64,000 nt of DNA from Gammaproteobacteria bacterium. Its GTDB lineage: Bacteria; Pseudomonadota; Gammaproteobacteria; Eutrophobiales; Eutrophobiaceae. The stretch's first letter is position 1; each line of letters starts with the position of its first letter. The DNA is taken from positions 2,473,225-2,537,224 of the forward strand of contig OZ242265.1 in the NCBI GenBank assembly GCA_965207165.1, given 5' to 3'. The notes under the pieces are model-generated. The model was not told the origin of the DNA, searched no databases, and worked only from the letters and a program-made list of their open reading frames with translations. Both the position numbers and the translations under genes were made by a program. This document shows, one piece after another, positions 22,515 to 33,783 of the stretch.

Positions 22515-23586
22515 AAGCTGCCTCCAGACACAATGAACCCACCGCCTGCGCGGCGTCCGGGCAGGCATGGGAACGGATTTTCTGTCTCAGGCCAGGCAAG
22601 CTGTCTTCCTCACTGCACAGTTGCCATAACAGTTCGGCTACCCGATCTTCAGTCAATTCTTTTTCCGGCAGCAGCAGGGCAGCGCCGGCGTCACTGAGGT
22701 AGCGGGCATTGGCGGTCTGATGGTCGTCGATGGCGTAGGGAAACGGGATCAGAACCGACGCCAGCCCTGCGGCACACAGCTCCGCAATCGTCAGGGCGCC
22801 GGCCCGGCATATGGCTATATCCGCCCAGGCGTAGGCAGCGGCCATATCGGTAATAAACGCATCGACCCTGACCTGGTCCAGTTGCAGGCTTCCATAGAGA
22901 CGCTCCGTCTCTGCCAGGTTTTTCTCCCCGCACTGATGCCAGACGTTCACCTTTAACCTGCCCTGCAACCTGTCCAGGCCTGGGGGCAGCACCCGGTTTA
23001 ACTGTTGCGCGCCCTGACTGCCACCGAGCACCAGAATATTCGGCCGCTTTGCTGTGTTACCGGTTTTCGATGCGCTCAACGCCACGATCTCCCGGCGTAC
23101 CGGATTGCCCGTGGTGACGACCCTGGAGCCGGCCTTGAATGTATCCGGAAAACCCTGCATTACCTTTACCGCAAAGCGGGCAAGGATCCGGTTGGTCGTA
23201 CCTGCAATCCTGTTCTGTTCATGGATCAATAACGGGATACGCAACAACCACGCCGCAATACCGCCGGGACCGCTGGCGAACCCCCCCATCCCCAGGACCG
23301 CAGCCGGACGCCGCCGAATGCAGATATACAGGGCCTGGAGTATTGCGGTCAGTATTTTGACCGGCGCAAACAGTTTGCCCGGCAACCCCTTGCCGCGTAC
23401 ACCGCTTATCATGATGGTCAACAGTTCAATGCCGTGTTCCGGGACAACGCGGCTCTCGATCCCGCGGGTTGTTCCCAGCCAGAACAGCGGAATGTCTTTT
23501 GCACGCAGGTAATCGGCTACCGCCAGTGCCGGGTACACGTGTCCGCCGGTCCCCCCCGCCATGATCATGATCGGGTTAGTCTTCAC
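22507..23586 (-). CDS. murG: Undecaprenyl-PP-MurNAc-pentapeptide-UDPGlcNAc GlcNAc transferase MurG
   Basis: N-terminus GGTGGHVYPALAVA, 359 aa. Confidence 0.9.
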   Translation of the reverse strand: MKTNPIMIMAGGTGGHVYPALAVADYLRAKDIPLFWLGTTRGIESRVVPEHGIELLTIMISGVRGKGLPGKLFAPVKILTAILQALYICIRRRPAAVLGMGGFASGPGGIAAWLLRIPLLIHEQNRIAGTTNRILARFAVKVMQGFPDTFKAGSRVVTTGNPVRREIVALSASKTGNTAKRPNILVLGGSQGAQQLNRVLPPGLDRLQGRLKVNVWHQCGEKNLAETERLYGSLQLDQVRVDAFITDMAAAYAWADIAICRAGALTIAELCAAGLASVLIPFPYAIDDHQTANARYLSDAGAALLLPEKELTEDRVAELLWQLCSEEDSLPGLRQKIRSHACPDAAQAVGSLCLEAAYA

Positions 23587-24772
23587 GGTTTGACACCTTT
23601 CTGTGTATCCTGACGCCGCGGGGAAAGCGGTTTTCCAGGTCGATGCGCAACAGCATTGCTACCAGTATGCAACTGGTGACAATGCTGTTGGCGCCGTAAC
23701 TGAACAACGGCAGGGTCAGACCTTTGGTGGGCAGTAAACCCACGTTCACGCCCATGTGGATAAATGCCTGGATACCGATGATAAGGCCGATTCCGTAAGC
23801 CATATATGCGGCAAAATGCTTCCCAAGCTGATGTGCGACTCCGGCGATACTGAACGCGCGCCAGACGAACACGAAAAATGCCAGGGTAACCATAAGGATA
23901 AACAACAGTCCCAGTTCTTCGGCGGTTATGGCAAAAATAAAGTCGGTATGCGCCTGGGTCAGGTAAAACAGTTTCTGCACGCTGCTGCCCAGGCCGACAC
24001 CGAACCACTCACCCCTGCCGAAGGCGATCAGTGACTGGATAAGCTGGTAGCCTGAATTGAACGGGTCCTGCCACGGGTCGATAAATCCTTTCAACCTGGC
24101 CAGCCGGTACGAAGGAAAGATCGCCAGTGCAACCAGTGCTGCAACCATCACTGGCAACCAGAGAAAAAACCTGCTTGCCGGGATACCCGCCATGAACAGC
24201 ATGCCGATCGTGGTCAGAAAAATAACGACGACCGTACCGTAATCCGGCTCCAGCAACAACAGGCCCGAGATCAGGGTAATGACGGCGATGGGCCGTATAA
24301 AACCGGTAAAGGTCAGGTGCAGATGCCTGGCGTGGCGTACCAGGTAGGCGGCGATATAGGTAATAATGCAGACCTTGGCCAGTTCCGAGCTCTGGAAGTT
24401 AACAGGCCCCAACCTGATCCAGCGCGCGCTGCCGTTGACTTCCCGGCCAATCCCGGGGATCAAAACCAGCACCAGCAACAGGATCGCCAGCAACAGCAGG
24501 GGCGTACCCAGTTTCTCCCATATGGTCACCGGTGACTTCAGGATAACGGCGGCAACCAACAGGCCGGCCAGTAGCGCCAGGGCCTGACGCTGCAGATAGT
24601 AGAACGGATCCTGGTGCAGGCGTTCGGCAAGGGCGACGGAAGAGGAAGCAACCATCACCACTCCCGCTACCAGCAGAAAGATAACGACCAGGACCAACCA
24701 GGGATCGTACTCGTGCCAGCTTGCTGTCTTTACATCCTGGAGCCTGATTGCCTGTAGTTTCTGCATTATCAT
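23576..24772 (-). CDS. ftsW: Lipid II flippase / peptidoglycan glycosyltransferase FtsW (SEDS family)
   Basis: A 398-aa polytopic SEDS protein at the expected dcw position. Confidence 0.9.
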   Translation of the reverse strand: MIMQKLQAIRLQDVKTASWHEYDPWLVLVVIFLLVAGVVMVASSSVALAERLHQDPFYYLQRQALALLAGLLVAAVILKSPVTIWEKLGTPLLLLAILLLVLVLIPGIGREVNGSARWIRLGPVNFQSSELAKVCIITYIAAYLVRHARHLHLTFTGFIRPIAVITLISGLLLLEPDYGTVVVIFLTTIGMLFMAGIPASRFFLWLPVMVAALVALAIFPSYRLARLKGFIDPWQDPFNSGYQLIQSLIAFGRGEWFGVGLGSSVQKLFYLTQAHTDFIFAITAEELGLLFILMVTLAFFVFVWRAFSIAGVAHQLGKHFAAYMAYGIGLIIGIQAFIHMGVNVGLLPTKGLTLPLFSYGANSIVTSCILVAMLLRIDLENRFPRGVRIHRKVSNRED

Positions 24773-26172
24773 CCGACCCTCGCCAGAACCTCGGCGACAC
24801 AGCGTTTGAACACATCACCCCGTTCGGCGAAATCCCTGAACATATCCAGGCTGGCGCACGCGGGGGACAACAACACGGTATCCCCGGGGCGAGCGAGACG
24901 GAACGCGGTAGTCACCGCCGGCCCCATTGCGGTTGCATAAAAAACGGTTTTCCCGTCCGGCACGATGGCTGCAATATCATTGGCGCTCTTGCCGATTACT
25001 ATTGTTGACTTGACGTGTTTCCCGATCGCGCGCCCCAACGCCGAGAAATCTGCGCCTTTCCCGTCACCGCCGGCGATCAGGATTATGTTCTTCCGGCCAT
25101 TCGACAAGCCATTCAAAGCCGCCAGCGTCGCGCCGACGTTTGTCCCTTTAGAATCATTGAACCAGTCCACGCCGTTGACCCCGGCCACCCGCTCACAACG
25201 GTGGGGCAGCCCGGTAAACTCGCACAACGCTTCCAGCATGGGAGGCACAGGCAGGTCCAGGGCTCTCCCAAGTGCAAGAGATGCCAGGACATTTGCCAGG
25301 TTGTGCCTGCCGTGGACCTTGAGGTCGGATTGTTTTACCAGTGCCGCATCCCTGCTCACCAGCCAGTTTTCTCCGTTGCGACGCCTGATACTGAAATCAG
25401 CTTCCGGCAATGCCAGTGAATACGTGAGCGTTTCCCGCCCCGGCAGCGACATGCCGGACACAATCTCATCATCCAGGTTGATGACCATGGTCCCACCGCC
25501 GGCATAAATATTTTCCTTGGCGCGCGCATACTCCCGTATGTCCCCGTAGCGGTCCAGGTGGTCGGCGCATACATTCAGTACCGCAGCAGCGGCAGGCCTG
25601 TGCGAACGCAGTGTTTCGAGCTGGAAACTGGACAGTTCCAACAGGTAATAATCCGGTATGTCGGGAGACAGCAAATCCAGTGCAGGGGTACCGAAGTTCC
25701 CCCCCAGACCAACCCGCAGACCGGAACGTTCCAGCATCTTTGCAAGTAAACTCACTACCGTGCTCTTGCCGTTTGACCCGGTTACCGCGATGAGCGGCGC
25801 ACTTATGTTCCGGCAGAATATTTCCACGTCGCCCATTATTTCCACTCCCGCATCTTGTGCGGCGCGGATTGCCGGGTGGAACGGCGCGATCCCCGGACTG
25901 ATAATCAGCCTGCGCGCCCGGCACAGCAGGCCGGCTGCAAATTCTCCGCCGAAGAAAGGCACCAGCGGGTAATGTTCTTTCAGGGTCTGAAGTTCAGGCG
26001 GGTCCTGCCTGGTATCCGCGACACCCAGCCTGGCTCCCGAACCTGCCAGGTGCCTGATACAGGACATACCGGTCTTGCCCAGACCCAGCACCAGCGTATC
26101 GAACCGTTGCGCAGTTTCAGTCATGTTGCGGTTACCCGTATCCGCTACAGCCTGCATCATCGGTAATCCCAT
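24769..26172 (-). CDS. murD: UDP-N-acetylmuramoylalanine--D-glutamate ligase MurD
   Basis: Mur ligase motifs (GSNGKST) at the expected dcw position. Confidence 0.9.
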   Translation of the reverse strand: MGLPMMQAVADTGNRNMTETAQRFDTLVLGLGKTGMSCIRHLAGSGARLGVADTRQDPPELQTLKEHYPLVPFFGGEFAAGLLCRARRLIISPGIAPFHPAIRAAQDAGVEIMGDVEIFCRNISAPLIAVTGSNGKSTVVSLLAKMLERSGLRVGLGGNFGTPALDLLSPDIPDYYLLELSSFQLETLRSHRPAAAAVLNVCADHLDRYGDIREYARAKENIYAGGGTMVINLDDEIVSGMSLPGRETLTYSLALPEADFSIRRRNGENWLVSRDAALVKQSDLKVHGRHNLANVLASLALGRALDLPVPPMLEALCEFTGLPHRCERVAGVNGVDWFNDSKGTNVGATLAALNGLSNGRKNIILIAGGDGKGADFSALGRAIGKHVKSTIVIGKSANDIAAIVPDGKTVFYATAMGPAVTTAFRLARPGDTVLLSPACASLDMFRDFAERGDVFKRCVAEVLARVG

Positions 26173-26185
26173 GTCTGAACATCCG

Positions 26186-27268
26186 TCACCTGATCTTCAT
26201 GCTCGCCAGCCCAATCAGAACCAGGATCACCGTGATGATCCAGAAGCGCACGATAACCCGCGGCTCAGGCCAGCCTTTCAATTCATAGTGGTGGTGCAAC
26301 GGCGCCATACGAAATATCCTTCTGCCCGTCAGCTTGTACGATGCCACCTGCAGCATGACGGAAATTGTTTCGATGACGAACACGCCGCCCATAATGAACA
26401 GGACGAGTTCCTGCCTGACGACGACCGCAATGGTTCCGAGCGCGGCGCCCAGCGACAGGGCGCCGATATCTCCCATGAAGACCTGGGCAGGATAGGTGTT
26501 GAACCAGAGAAACCCGAGTCCGGAACCTGCGATAGCAGCGCAGACAATACAGATTTCTCCCACGCCCGGCACATACGGCAGACCGAGATAATCGGCAAAC
26601 CTGATATTGCCGGCAACGTAGGCGAACGCAGTCAGGCCGCCCACGACCATGACGGTCGGCAGGATTGCCAGGCCGTCAAGGCCATCCGTCAGGTTCACCG
26701 CATTGCTCGACCCGACGATTACCAAATAGCTGGTCACTATAAACAACAGACCAAGTTCCAGGTTAAACGATTTGATGAACGGCAGGATCAGGCTTGTTTC
26801 AGCCGGCACTTCCGCACTGACATACAGGAAAACCGCCGTGCACAGGCCAAAGACCGACTGCCAGAAATACTTCCAGCGCGCGCTGAGGCCCTTGGGATCC
26901 TTCCTTACTATCTTGCGATAATCATCCACCCAGCCCAGCAGTCCAAATGCCAGGATGACGACAAAAACCACCCGGACGAAGCGGTTTGAGAGGTCGGCCC
27001 AGCACAGGATGCTGATGGATATGGACAACAGGATTAGCAGACCACCCATGGTCGGGGTGCCGGCTTTTTGCAGGTGTGTTGCCGGACCGTCATCCCGCAC
27101 TTCCTGACCAATCTTGTATTTATCCAGGTAGCGGATCAGTCCAGGTCCGACCAGCAGGGCCACGAACAGGGCCGTCAAGGCGCCCAGAATCGTGCGCGTG
27201 ATTATGTATTGAAACGCATTGAACCCGCTGTAGAACTGGGTCAGGTATTCTGCCAGCCACAATAACAT
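26186..27268 (-). CDS. mraY: Phospho-N-acetylmuramoyl-pentapeptide transferase MraY
   Basis: 360-aa membrane protein that is highly conserved. Confidence 0.95.
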   Translation of the reverse strand: MLLWLAEYLTQFYSGFNAFQYIITRTILGALTALFVALLVGPGLIRYLDKYKIGQEVRDDGPATHLQKAGTPTMGGLLILLSISISILCWADLSNRFVRVVFVVILAFGLLGWVDDYRKIVRKDPKGLSARWKYFWQSVFGLCTAVFLYVSAEVPAETSLILPFIKSFNLELGLLFIVTSYLVIVGSSNAVNLTDGLDGLAILPTVMVVGGLTAFAYVAGNIRFADYLGLPYVPGVGEICIVCAAIAGSGLGFLWFNTYPAQVFMGDIGALSLGAALGTIAVVVRQELVLFIMGGVFVIETISVMLQVASYKLTGRRIFRMAPLHHHYELKGWPEPRVIVRFWIITVILVLIGLASMKIR

Positions 27269-28623
27269 TACGGACTGTTCTCCGTCAGGGCGTTGACAAC
27301 GCGCTCCATGGCCATGGACCTGGAACCTTTGACCAGCAGGACAGCGCCGGGTTGCAGGTCCCGGCGCAAGGCTTCGACCAGGTCATCCATCAGGCCGAAC
27401 TGCCTGGCGCCGGCGCCGAAACCTTTGACGGAATGTGCGGCGAGTTCACCGATCCCGTACAAGCGCTCGATGCCGAGAGCCCGCGCCTGCGCGCCTGCCT
27501 CTTCGTGAAACCTGGCAGACGTCTCGCCCAGTTCACCCATGTCACCCAGTATCAGCCAGGATCGGCCATGCAGTTCGCACACGACCTTGAGTGCGGCGTG
27601 CAGGGACATGGGATTGGCATTGTAGGTGTCGTCGAAAACGCGTACGTCCCGCGGTCCGGCCTTCAACTGCATCCTGCCCTTGATGGGGCGTACTTTCTCG
27701 AGGCCTGCCTTAACCTGTTCCAGGGGGATATCGAGGGCAACGCAACAGGCCGCGGCTGCGAGCGCATTAGCGACGTTATGCCCGCCGTACAGTCTCAGTT
27801 CAGTATTGACCTTCCCGGTCCGGTATTCGAGATCGAACCGGGTCCGGCCTGCAGCCAGGTCAGTGTTGACATTGGATGCGGTCACATCGGCTTTGGCGCC
27901 CATGCCGAATGTGATTTGCCGGTTCTCCCCGGAACGTTCGAGCCACATTCCGCAGTAGTCATCATCGATATTGACTATCGCCGTACCGCTTGGCGCAAGC
28001 CCTTCGTAGATCTCGGCCTTGGCCCTGGCGACTCCCTCAACAGAGCCGAAACCTTCAAGATGGGCAGGCGCGCACTGGGTAATCAGCGCCACGTCCGGCC
28101 TGGTAATCCGGCTTAACCAGCGGATCTCTCCGGCATGATTGGCTCCCATCTCGACCACGGCAAAACGGTGACCGGGCGCGAGTCTGAACAGGGTCAGCGG
28201 CACACCGATGTCATTATTCAGGTTGCCCCTGGTAGACAATACCTCCGAATTGACCGACAGGATGGAATTGATCATTTCCTTGACCGTGGTCTTGCCGTTG
28301 CTGCCGGTAACGGCGATGACCGGCAGGTCGAACCCGGCGCGCCAGTGTCCGGCCAGCAGACCTGATTGTTTCCTGGCATCATCGACCCTGACCACGGGTA
28401 ACGGATACGCGGCTTCCCTGTCTACCAGCGCCCCGCCCGCGCCTTTTGCCAAAGCGTCGGGTATAAAATCATGACCGTCGCGCGCCGCCCCCCGCAGGGC
28501 GATAAAAAGTTCACCGGGCTGAAGTGTGCGGCTGTCATAGCTGCAACCGGTGAAGCGCCGGTCCTCTCCAATGAGTTTTCCGTTCACTGCGGCGCAGGCG
28601 GCTGATAGTTGCATATCGATCAC
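27268..28623 (-). CDS. murF: UDP-MurNAc-tripeptide--D-Ala-D-Ala ligase MurF
   Basis: Mur ligase with GSNGKTT, 451 aa. Confidence 0.9.
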   Translation of the reverse strand: MIDMQLSAACAAVNGKLIGEDRRFTGCSYDSRTLQPGELFIALRGAARDGHDFIPDALAKGAGGALVDREAAYPLPVVRVDDARKQSGLLAGHWRAGFDLPVIAVTGSNGKTTVKEMINSILSVNSEVLSTRGNLNNDIGVPLTLFRLAPGHRFAVVEMGANHAGEIRWLSRITRPDVALITQCAPAHLEGFGSVEGVARAKAEIYEGLAPSGTAIVNIDDDYCGMWLERSGENRQITFGMGAKADVTASNVNTDLAAGRTRFDLEYRTGKVNTELRLYGGHNVANALAAAACCVALDIPLEQVKAGLEKVRPIKGRMQLKAGPRDVRVFDDTYNANPMSLHAALKVVCELHGRSWLILGDMGELGETSARFHEEAGAQARALGIERLYGIGELAAHSVKGFGAGARQFGLMDDLVEALRRDLQPGAVLLVKGSRSMAMERVVNALTENSP

Positions 28624-30131
28624 CCCTGTTTCCCCAGGAGATGCCTGACCTGCTGCCGGTCACTGAAGGGATAACGCTTGCCGGCAACTTCCTGGCAGGT
28701 CTCGTGCCCCTTGCCGGCAATCAACACCACGTCATCGGGCCCCGCATGTCCCAGCGCCAGTTCGATAGCAGCGGAACGATTCCTTTCAACCCCGGCAGGG
28801 TCCCTGCCCGTCATCCCGGAGAGAATGTCGCCGATGATGCCGTCCCCGGCTTCATGCCGCGGATTGTCATCGGTCAATATCACTTCATCGGCAAGCGCTT
28901 GAGCCACTTCTCCCATGCGCGGCCGCTTTTTCCTGTCCCGGTCACCGCCGCAACCGAAGACACATATCAGGCGTCCTTTACAATACGCCCTCAGGCTGGC
29001 GAGAACCTGTTCCAGGGCTGCGGGGGTGTGTGCATAATCAACGACGATGCGCGCACCATCAACGCGTCGGAAGCTTTCCATACGGCCCGGCACCGGGCCG
29101 ATGTTTTCCAGCTTCTCCAGGATCCGGTCCAGGGGGAATCCCGCCAGGCCCAATACCGAAACCACGGCGAGGATATTGCCTGCGTTAAAGGCGCCCGTTA
29201 CCCCCGGCTTTACCTGGCCGTTCCCCCAGGGGCAGGTAATATCAAGAACCAGTTCAGCACCGGGCAGCAGCGCCGCCTTGACGAGTGGAGGAGTTGACTG
29301 CTGCGGGGTTCCCGTTAAGCCGTAACCGATTACCTCTATGCCTGACGGCAGAGTGTCCAGCAGGGCACGCCCGAATGTATCATCGCAGTTGACCACGGCA
29401 GCGCGCAATGAGTCGAACAGGAACAGTTTTTCCTTGGCCTGGAAGTAATCCTGCAGGTCGTGGTGGTAATCCAGGTGGTCGTGGCTGAGATTGGTGAATA
29501 CGGCCACATCGAAATCAACCCCGTTGACGCGTCCCTGGTCCAGGGCGTGGGACGATACTTCCATGAACGCCGTGTCCATATCCGCCTCTACAAATCCTGC
29601 CAACAGGCGCTGCAGGCTGACCGCACCGGGTGTTGTATTCGGTCCTGAGTCAAGACGCGGATAACTACCGTGTCCAAGCGTACCAATCAAGCCTGCCTGT
29701 GTGCCGGCCAGCAGTGCATGGGCTTTCGCCAGCCACCAGCAGATCGAGGTTTTACCATTGGTTCCCGTAACGCCGGTGAGATGCAGGTGTTGAGCAGGGT
29801 TGCCGAAAAATCGCCCGGCAATCAAACCCAGCTTGTCCGGCAAATCCCGGACCGGAAATATTGCGCTGCGGCGCCGGTCCAGGTCTGACATCAACCCCTC
29901 GTCCACAACTACTGCCACTGCCCCTGCCTTGAGGGCATCCCGGATGAACAGGCTGCCGCGGGTATGCGTACCCCGGCAGGCGACAAATAAATCACCCTCC
30001 CGGATATCCCGGCTGTCGGAACTGATCCCCTGCACCAGGATATTCCCTTGAACAGGCGCATCGGTCATGCCTTCCAGCAAAGTCTGCAGTGGGAAACCGG
30101 TTCGATGCCTGGCCACGGTCAACATCTTCAC
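28620..30131 (-). CDS. murE: UDP-MurNAc-L-Ala-D-Glu--2,6-diaminopimelate ligase MurE
   Basis: Mur ligase with GTNGKTS, 503 aa. Confidence 0.9.
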   Translation of the reverse strand: MKMLTVARHRTGFPLQTLLEGMTDAPVQGNILVQGISSDSRDIREGDLFVACRGTHTRGSLFIRDALKAGAVAVVVDEGLMSDLDRRRSAIFPVRDLPDKLGLIAGRFFGNPAQHLHLTGVTGTNGKTSICWWLAKAHALLAGTQAGLIGTLGHGSYPRLDSGPNTTPGAVSLQRLLAGFVEADMDTAFMEVSSHALDQGRVNGVDFDVAVFTNLSHDHLDYHHDLQDYFQAKEKLFLFDSLRAAVVNCDDTFGRALLDTLPSGIEVIGYGLTGTPQQSTPPLVKAALLPGAELVLDITCPWGNGQVKPGVTGAFNAGNILAVVSVLGLAGFPLDRILEKLENIGPVPGRMESFRRVDGARIVVDYAHTPAALEQVLASLRAYCKGRLICVFGCGGDRDRKKRPRMGEVAQALADEVILTDDNPRHEAGDGIIGDILSGMTGRDPAGVERNRSAAIELALGHAGPDDVVLIAGKGHETCQEVAGKRYPFSDRQQVRHLLGKQG

Positions 30132-31840
30132 CTGGTGTTGCCGGCAAGCAACGCCTGCTTTTTCAACCCGATCAGGTTGTCGGGGGGAATATTCATTATC
30201 CGCAATGCCCCTTGCATTACCCGTGAAAACACGGGTGCGGCGACCTGGCCGCCGAAATACTGACCCGCCCCGGGATCGTCTATTACGACAACCAGGACCA
30301 GGCGGGGTTCCGTTGCCGGGGCAAAGCCGGCAAACAGCGAGGTGTAACGGTTCTCCTCGTAACCGGATTCCGATGTCTTGTGTACGGTGCCGGTCTTACC
30401 GGCGACATGGTACCCTTCGACAGCCGCCCGCCTGCCGCTGCCGCCGGGTCCGATTACCGTTCGCATCATCCTGTTCATCTCAAACGCCACCATTTCCGGT
30501 ATCACGCGCCGGGGTGCGGGGGCCGTGCTGACTTTCTGAAAGCTGATCGGATACAGAAGACCACCGGTCGCGATAACGGAATAGGCCTGGGCCAACTGCA
30601 TGGTCGTTACCGAGATGCCGTATCCGTACGAAACCGTCGCCAGGTCCAGACTGGACCAGTCGGCGTAATCCGTAAGCGTCCCCGGCACTTCTCCCGGGTA
30701 TCCACTCATGGTCGGGCTGCCGAAACCGATGTTATGGTGTAATTTCCAAAGCCGTTCCGGACCCAGTGTCAGCGCCACTTTGGTTGTGCCCACGTTGCTC
30801 GATTTACGGATCACGTCGCTGATGCTCAGGGTCCCGTAATTATTGATGTCGCTGATCGAATAGCGGCCGATGGTAAGTTTCCCGGGCGCGGTATCAACCG
30901 TGGTCTCCGGCTGGTACAGCCCCGACATCAGCGCCGCCGTGATAGTGAACGGTTTTATGGTGGAACCGGGTTCGAACACATCCGTCACCACGCGGTTCCG
31001 GTACTGGTTGCCCTTGAAATCAGCGCGGTTGTTTGGATTGAACGGTGGTTGTACCGCCAGGGCGAGGATCTCACCGGTCCTGACGCCGAGCAACAGTAAC
31101 ATACCGCCACGGGCCTTGTTGCGCAGCACCGCTGTTTGCAACTCCCGGTACGCCAGGTACTGGAGGCGCTGGTCCAGGGCCAGGGTCAGGGATCGGCCGG
31201 GGACGGGTTGCCTGATGTTCTCGATGTCTTTGACGATGGAACCATACAGGTCCTTCAGTACCCGTTTTTTGCCCGGCTCGCCCCGCAACCAGTCATCAAA
31301 TGCCAGTTCGATTCCTTCCTGGCCCACATCGTCTATGTCGGTAAACCCGATCAAGTGGGATGCTACTTCACCGATTGGGTAATATCGCTTGTATTCCTTG
31401 TCGATATTGATCCCCGGAATTCTCAGGTCCCGTACCCGGCGCGCCGTGTCGGGCAGGACATGCCTCTTCATGAATACGAAATTCCTGTCCTGCCGGTCAG
31501 TCATAAACCGCCGTATCTCTTCCACCGATGTATCCAGCAGGTTGGCCAGTTGTCCCAGGTCGGCCCCTGAATCCAGGACCTTCCCGGGTGCGGCCCAGAT
31601 TGACGCCACCGGCGTACTGACAGCCACAGGTTCGCCATTCCTGTCCGTAATCGTACCCCTGTATGCCGGTATCTCGACGCTGCGAATGGCCCTGGCATCG
31701 CCCTGGTCGATCAGAAAGTCCTTGTTCAAAATCTGCAGATAGAAAACCCGGCAGGCAACCGCCGTTGCGGCGAGGCTGAACAGCGCCAGCAGAAACCACT
31801 TGCGGCCTGCATAACCGGATTCAGGAACCTGGCTGCTCAT
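30128..31840 (-). CDS. ftsI: Peptidoglycan D,D-transpeptidase FtsI (PBP3)
   Basis: STIK, SSN and KTG penicillin-binding motifs, 570 aa. Confidence 0.9.
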   Translation of the reverse strand: MSSQVPESGYAGRKWFLLALFSLAATAVACRVFYLQILNKDFLIDQGDARAIRSVEIPAYRGTITDRNGEPVAVSTPVASIWAAPGKVLDSGADLGQLANLLDTSVEEIRRFMTDRQDRNFVFMKRHVLPDTARRVRDLRIPGINIDKEYKRYYPIGEVASHLIGFTDIDDVGQEGIELAFDDWLRGEPGKKRVLKDLYGSIVKDIENIRQPVPGRSLTLALDQRLQYLAYRELQTAVLRNKARGGMLLLLGVRTGEILALAVQPPFNPNNRADFKGNQYRNRVVTDVFEPGSTIKPFTITAALMSGLYQPETTVDTAPGKLTIGRYSISDINNYGTLSISDVIRKSSNVGTTKVALTLGPERLWKLHHNIGFGSPTMSGYPGEVPGTLTDYADWSSLDLATVSYGYGISVTTMQLAQAYSVIATGGLLYPISFQKVSTAPAPRRVIPEMVAFEMNRMMRTVIGPGGSGRRAAVEGYHVAGKTGTVHKTSESGYEENRYTSLFAGFAPATEPRLVLVVVIDDPGAGQYFGGQVAAPVFSRVMQGALRIMNIPPDNLIGLKKQALLAGNTR

Positions 31841-32103
31841 GGCACCAGAAAGACCAGGGAACCATTCTCGGGGACGTACATGCCCAATTCCTCTTTCACC
31901 GTACGCTCTACCCGCTCATCCAGCGCCCAGGTACTCTGTTCAAGCTGGAGCCTTCCCCATTCTTCATTCAACAGGTCCCGGTCCTTTTTCAATTGTTCTA
32001 TCTCCATGAACACCTTGCGCGAGACGTGCTGCGTCTGAACTACCGATACGGCTGAAACCAGTACGGTGAAGACGAGCAGGAGTATAACGGCAGGCTTAAT
32101 CAC
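31837..32103 (-). CDS. ftsL: Cell division protein FtsL
   Basis: An 88-aa bitopic coiled-coil protein located between rsmH and ftsI. Confidence 0.8.
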   Translation of the reverse strand: MIKPAVILLLVFTVLVSAVSVVQTQHVSRKVFMEIEQLKKDRDLLNEEWGRLQLEQSTWALDERVERTVKEELGMYVPENGSLVFLVP

Positions 32104-33032
32104 GGCAGCTTCTCCGCAACCCTCAAAATGGCGCTCCTGCCACGCGGGTTGTCGCGGTTTGCTTCCTCTGCGGATTTGACGGGCCGGCCAACCGCCCGCA
32201 TCCTGGGTTTGATTTCACTACCGGTTACGGGCAGGTAAATGGGGTAAGGGTCGGCGCGGGACTGTTGTCTGATAAACCTTTTCACAATACGGTCTTCCCC
32301 TGAGTGGAAACTGATTACGGCCAGTCTCCCGCCGTCCCGCAAGACATCGACTACCTGCTGCAACACGGTCTCCAACTCTTCGAGTTCATTATTTACGAGG
32401 ATCCTGATGGCCTGGAACGAACGGGTAGCAGGATGTTTGCCCGGCTCGGTGGAAGGAACCGCGTTTTTAATCAGGGCAGACAGTTGCCGGGTGGACGCAA
32501 TGGCGGTTTCAGAACGCTCGGCCACGACGGCGCGGGCGATTCGTGCGGCATATCTCTCTTCACCGTAACGGCGCAGCACGCCACTCAGTTCCGCTTCACT
32601 CGCCTGGTTGATCCAGTCTGCGGCGCTGAACCCCTCACCGGGGTTCATCCTCATATCAAGCAGGCCTTCCTTCTGAAAACTGAACCCCCGGGAAGCATTA
32701 TCCAGTTGCGGCGATGAGACGCCGAGATCAAACAGCAAGCCATCGACCGCACCCATCATATCCATCTGTTCGACCACCTCTGCAAGGCGGGTGAATGAAC
32801 CCTGGACAACTCTGAAACGTTTATCACCGGCGAATTCGTTCTGGGCAGACCTGATTGCTTCCGGGTCCTTATCGAAGGCGAGTAACCGGCCCCGGTTGCC
32901 AAGGCGTTGCAGAATTGGCCTGCTGTGGCCGCCGCGACCGAAGGTGCAGTCCACATAACAGCCATCCGGTCGCAGTGCAAGCGCAGCCAGCGCCTCATTG
33001 GGCAAAACCGGTTTATGTGCGTATTCATTCAA
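32100..33032 (-). CDS. rsmH: 16S rRNA m4C1402 methyltransferase RsmH (MraW)
   Basis: HKPVLxxE…DxTFGxGGHS motif. Confidence 0.9.
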   Translation of the reverse strand: MNEYAHKPVLPNEALAALALRPDGCYVDCTFGRGGHSRPILQRLGNRGRLLAFDKDPEAIRSAQNEFAGDKRFRVVQGSFTRLAEVVEQMDMMGAVDGLLFDLGVSSPQLDNASRGFSFQKEGLLDMRMNPGEGFSAADWINQASEAELSGVLRRYGEERYAARIARAVVAERSETAIASTRQLSALIKNAVPSTEPGKHPATRSFQAIRILVNNELEELETVLQQVVDVLRDGGRLAVISFHSGEDRIVKRFIRQQSRADPYPIYLPVTGSEIKPRMRAVGRPVKSAEEANRDNPRGRSAILRVAEKLP

Positions 33033-33056
33033 CTTGAACGATGTGATACCCGCTCA

Positions 33057-33515
33057 TCATAAAGACAGTGACTGCAACGCATCGGCAGGGGTCCCCTCTT
33101 CATCACCCACCATGCCCAGCCAATGGTCGCGCTGTTCCTCCCAACTGCCGCGGTTCCAGATTTCAAACTTGTTGCCCTGACCCAGGATGATGACCTGCTT
33201 ATCGAGTTGGGCGTAGTCGCGCAGTTCTGCCGGGACCAGGATTCTCCCGTGAGAATCCAACTGGCAATCTGTGGCATAGCCGCGCATCATCTGCTTGGCC
33301 CTGCGACTCTGCTTGTCGAAATCGGACAACACGGCCAGCTTCTCTTCGATGAGGTCCCATTCGGGAAGGGGATACAGCCACAGGGACCTGTCCAGGGGGT
33401 TGAGGGTCTGCACCAGGCAACCGCCGGCAATCTCCACAAGCCGTTCGCGGAAACGGCTGGGTATGGCTAAACGGCCCTTGCTGTCAAGACTGACGCTGCT
33501 GAAACCCCGGAACAT
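33057..33515 (-). CDS. mraZ: Transcriptional regulator MraZ
   Basis: MFRGxxxxxLDxKGRLxIP signature, 152 aa. Confidence 0.9.
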   Translation of the reverse strand: MFRGFSSVSLDSKGRLAIPSRFRERLVEIAGGCLVQTLNPLDRSLWLYPLPEWDLIEEKLAVLSDFDKQSRRAKQMMRGYATDCQLDSHGRILVPAELRDYAQLDKQVIILGQGNKFEIWNRGSWEEQRDHWLGMVGDEEGTPADALQSLSL

Positions 33516-33541
33516 ATTCTGGCCCTGTAATCACAATAAAA

Positions 33542-33568
33542 TCCACAATTACCCACTTTTTCCCACAA
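33542..33568 (-). promoter_or_regulatory. Putative MraZ operator: three direct GTGGG/GTGGA repeats at 10-bp spacing just upstream of mraZ
   Basis: The minus strand reads GTGGGaaaaaGTGGGtaattGTGGAtt. This has the same architecture as the E. coli mraZ operator, which is TGGGN repeats with 5-nt spacers. Confidence 0.5.
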
Positions 33569-33783
33569 TTCATAACTATAGGAACCAAGTTGCTGTTCTG
33601 TCAAGCAAATCTTGTGATTTTTCGGTAAAAAAATTACCGGTGTTACAGGCACTTAGAGGTAAACAGACCTTGAAATGACCGGTTATGATAAAAAATCATA
33701 GATATAAGTCGTTTAATATTATTAGGTTGTGATGTTTTTTTAAGAAAAAACAACAGGTTTTGGGTCAAATCGGGGATGAAAAA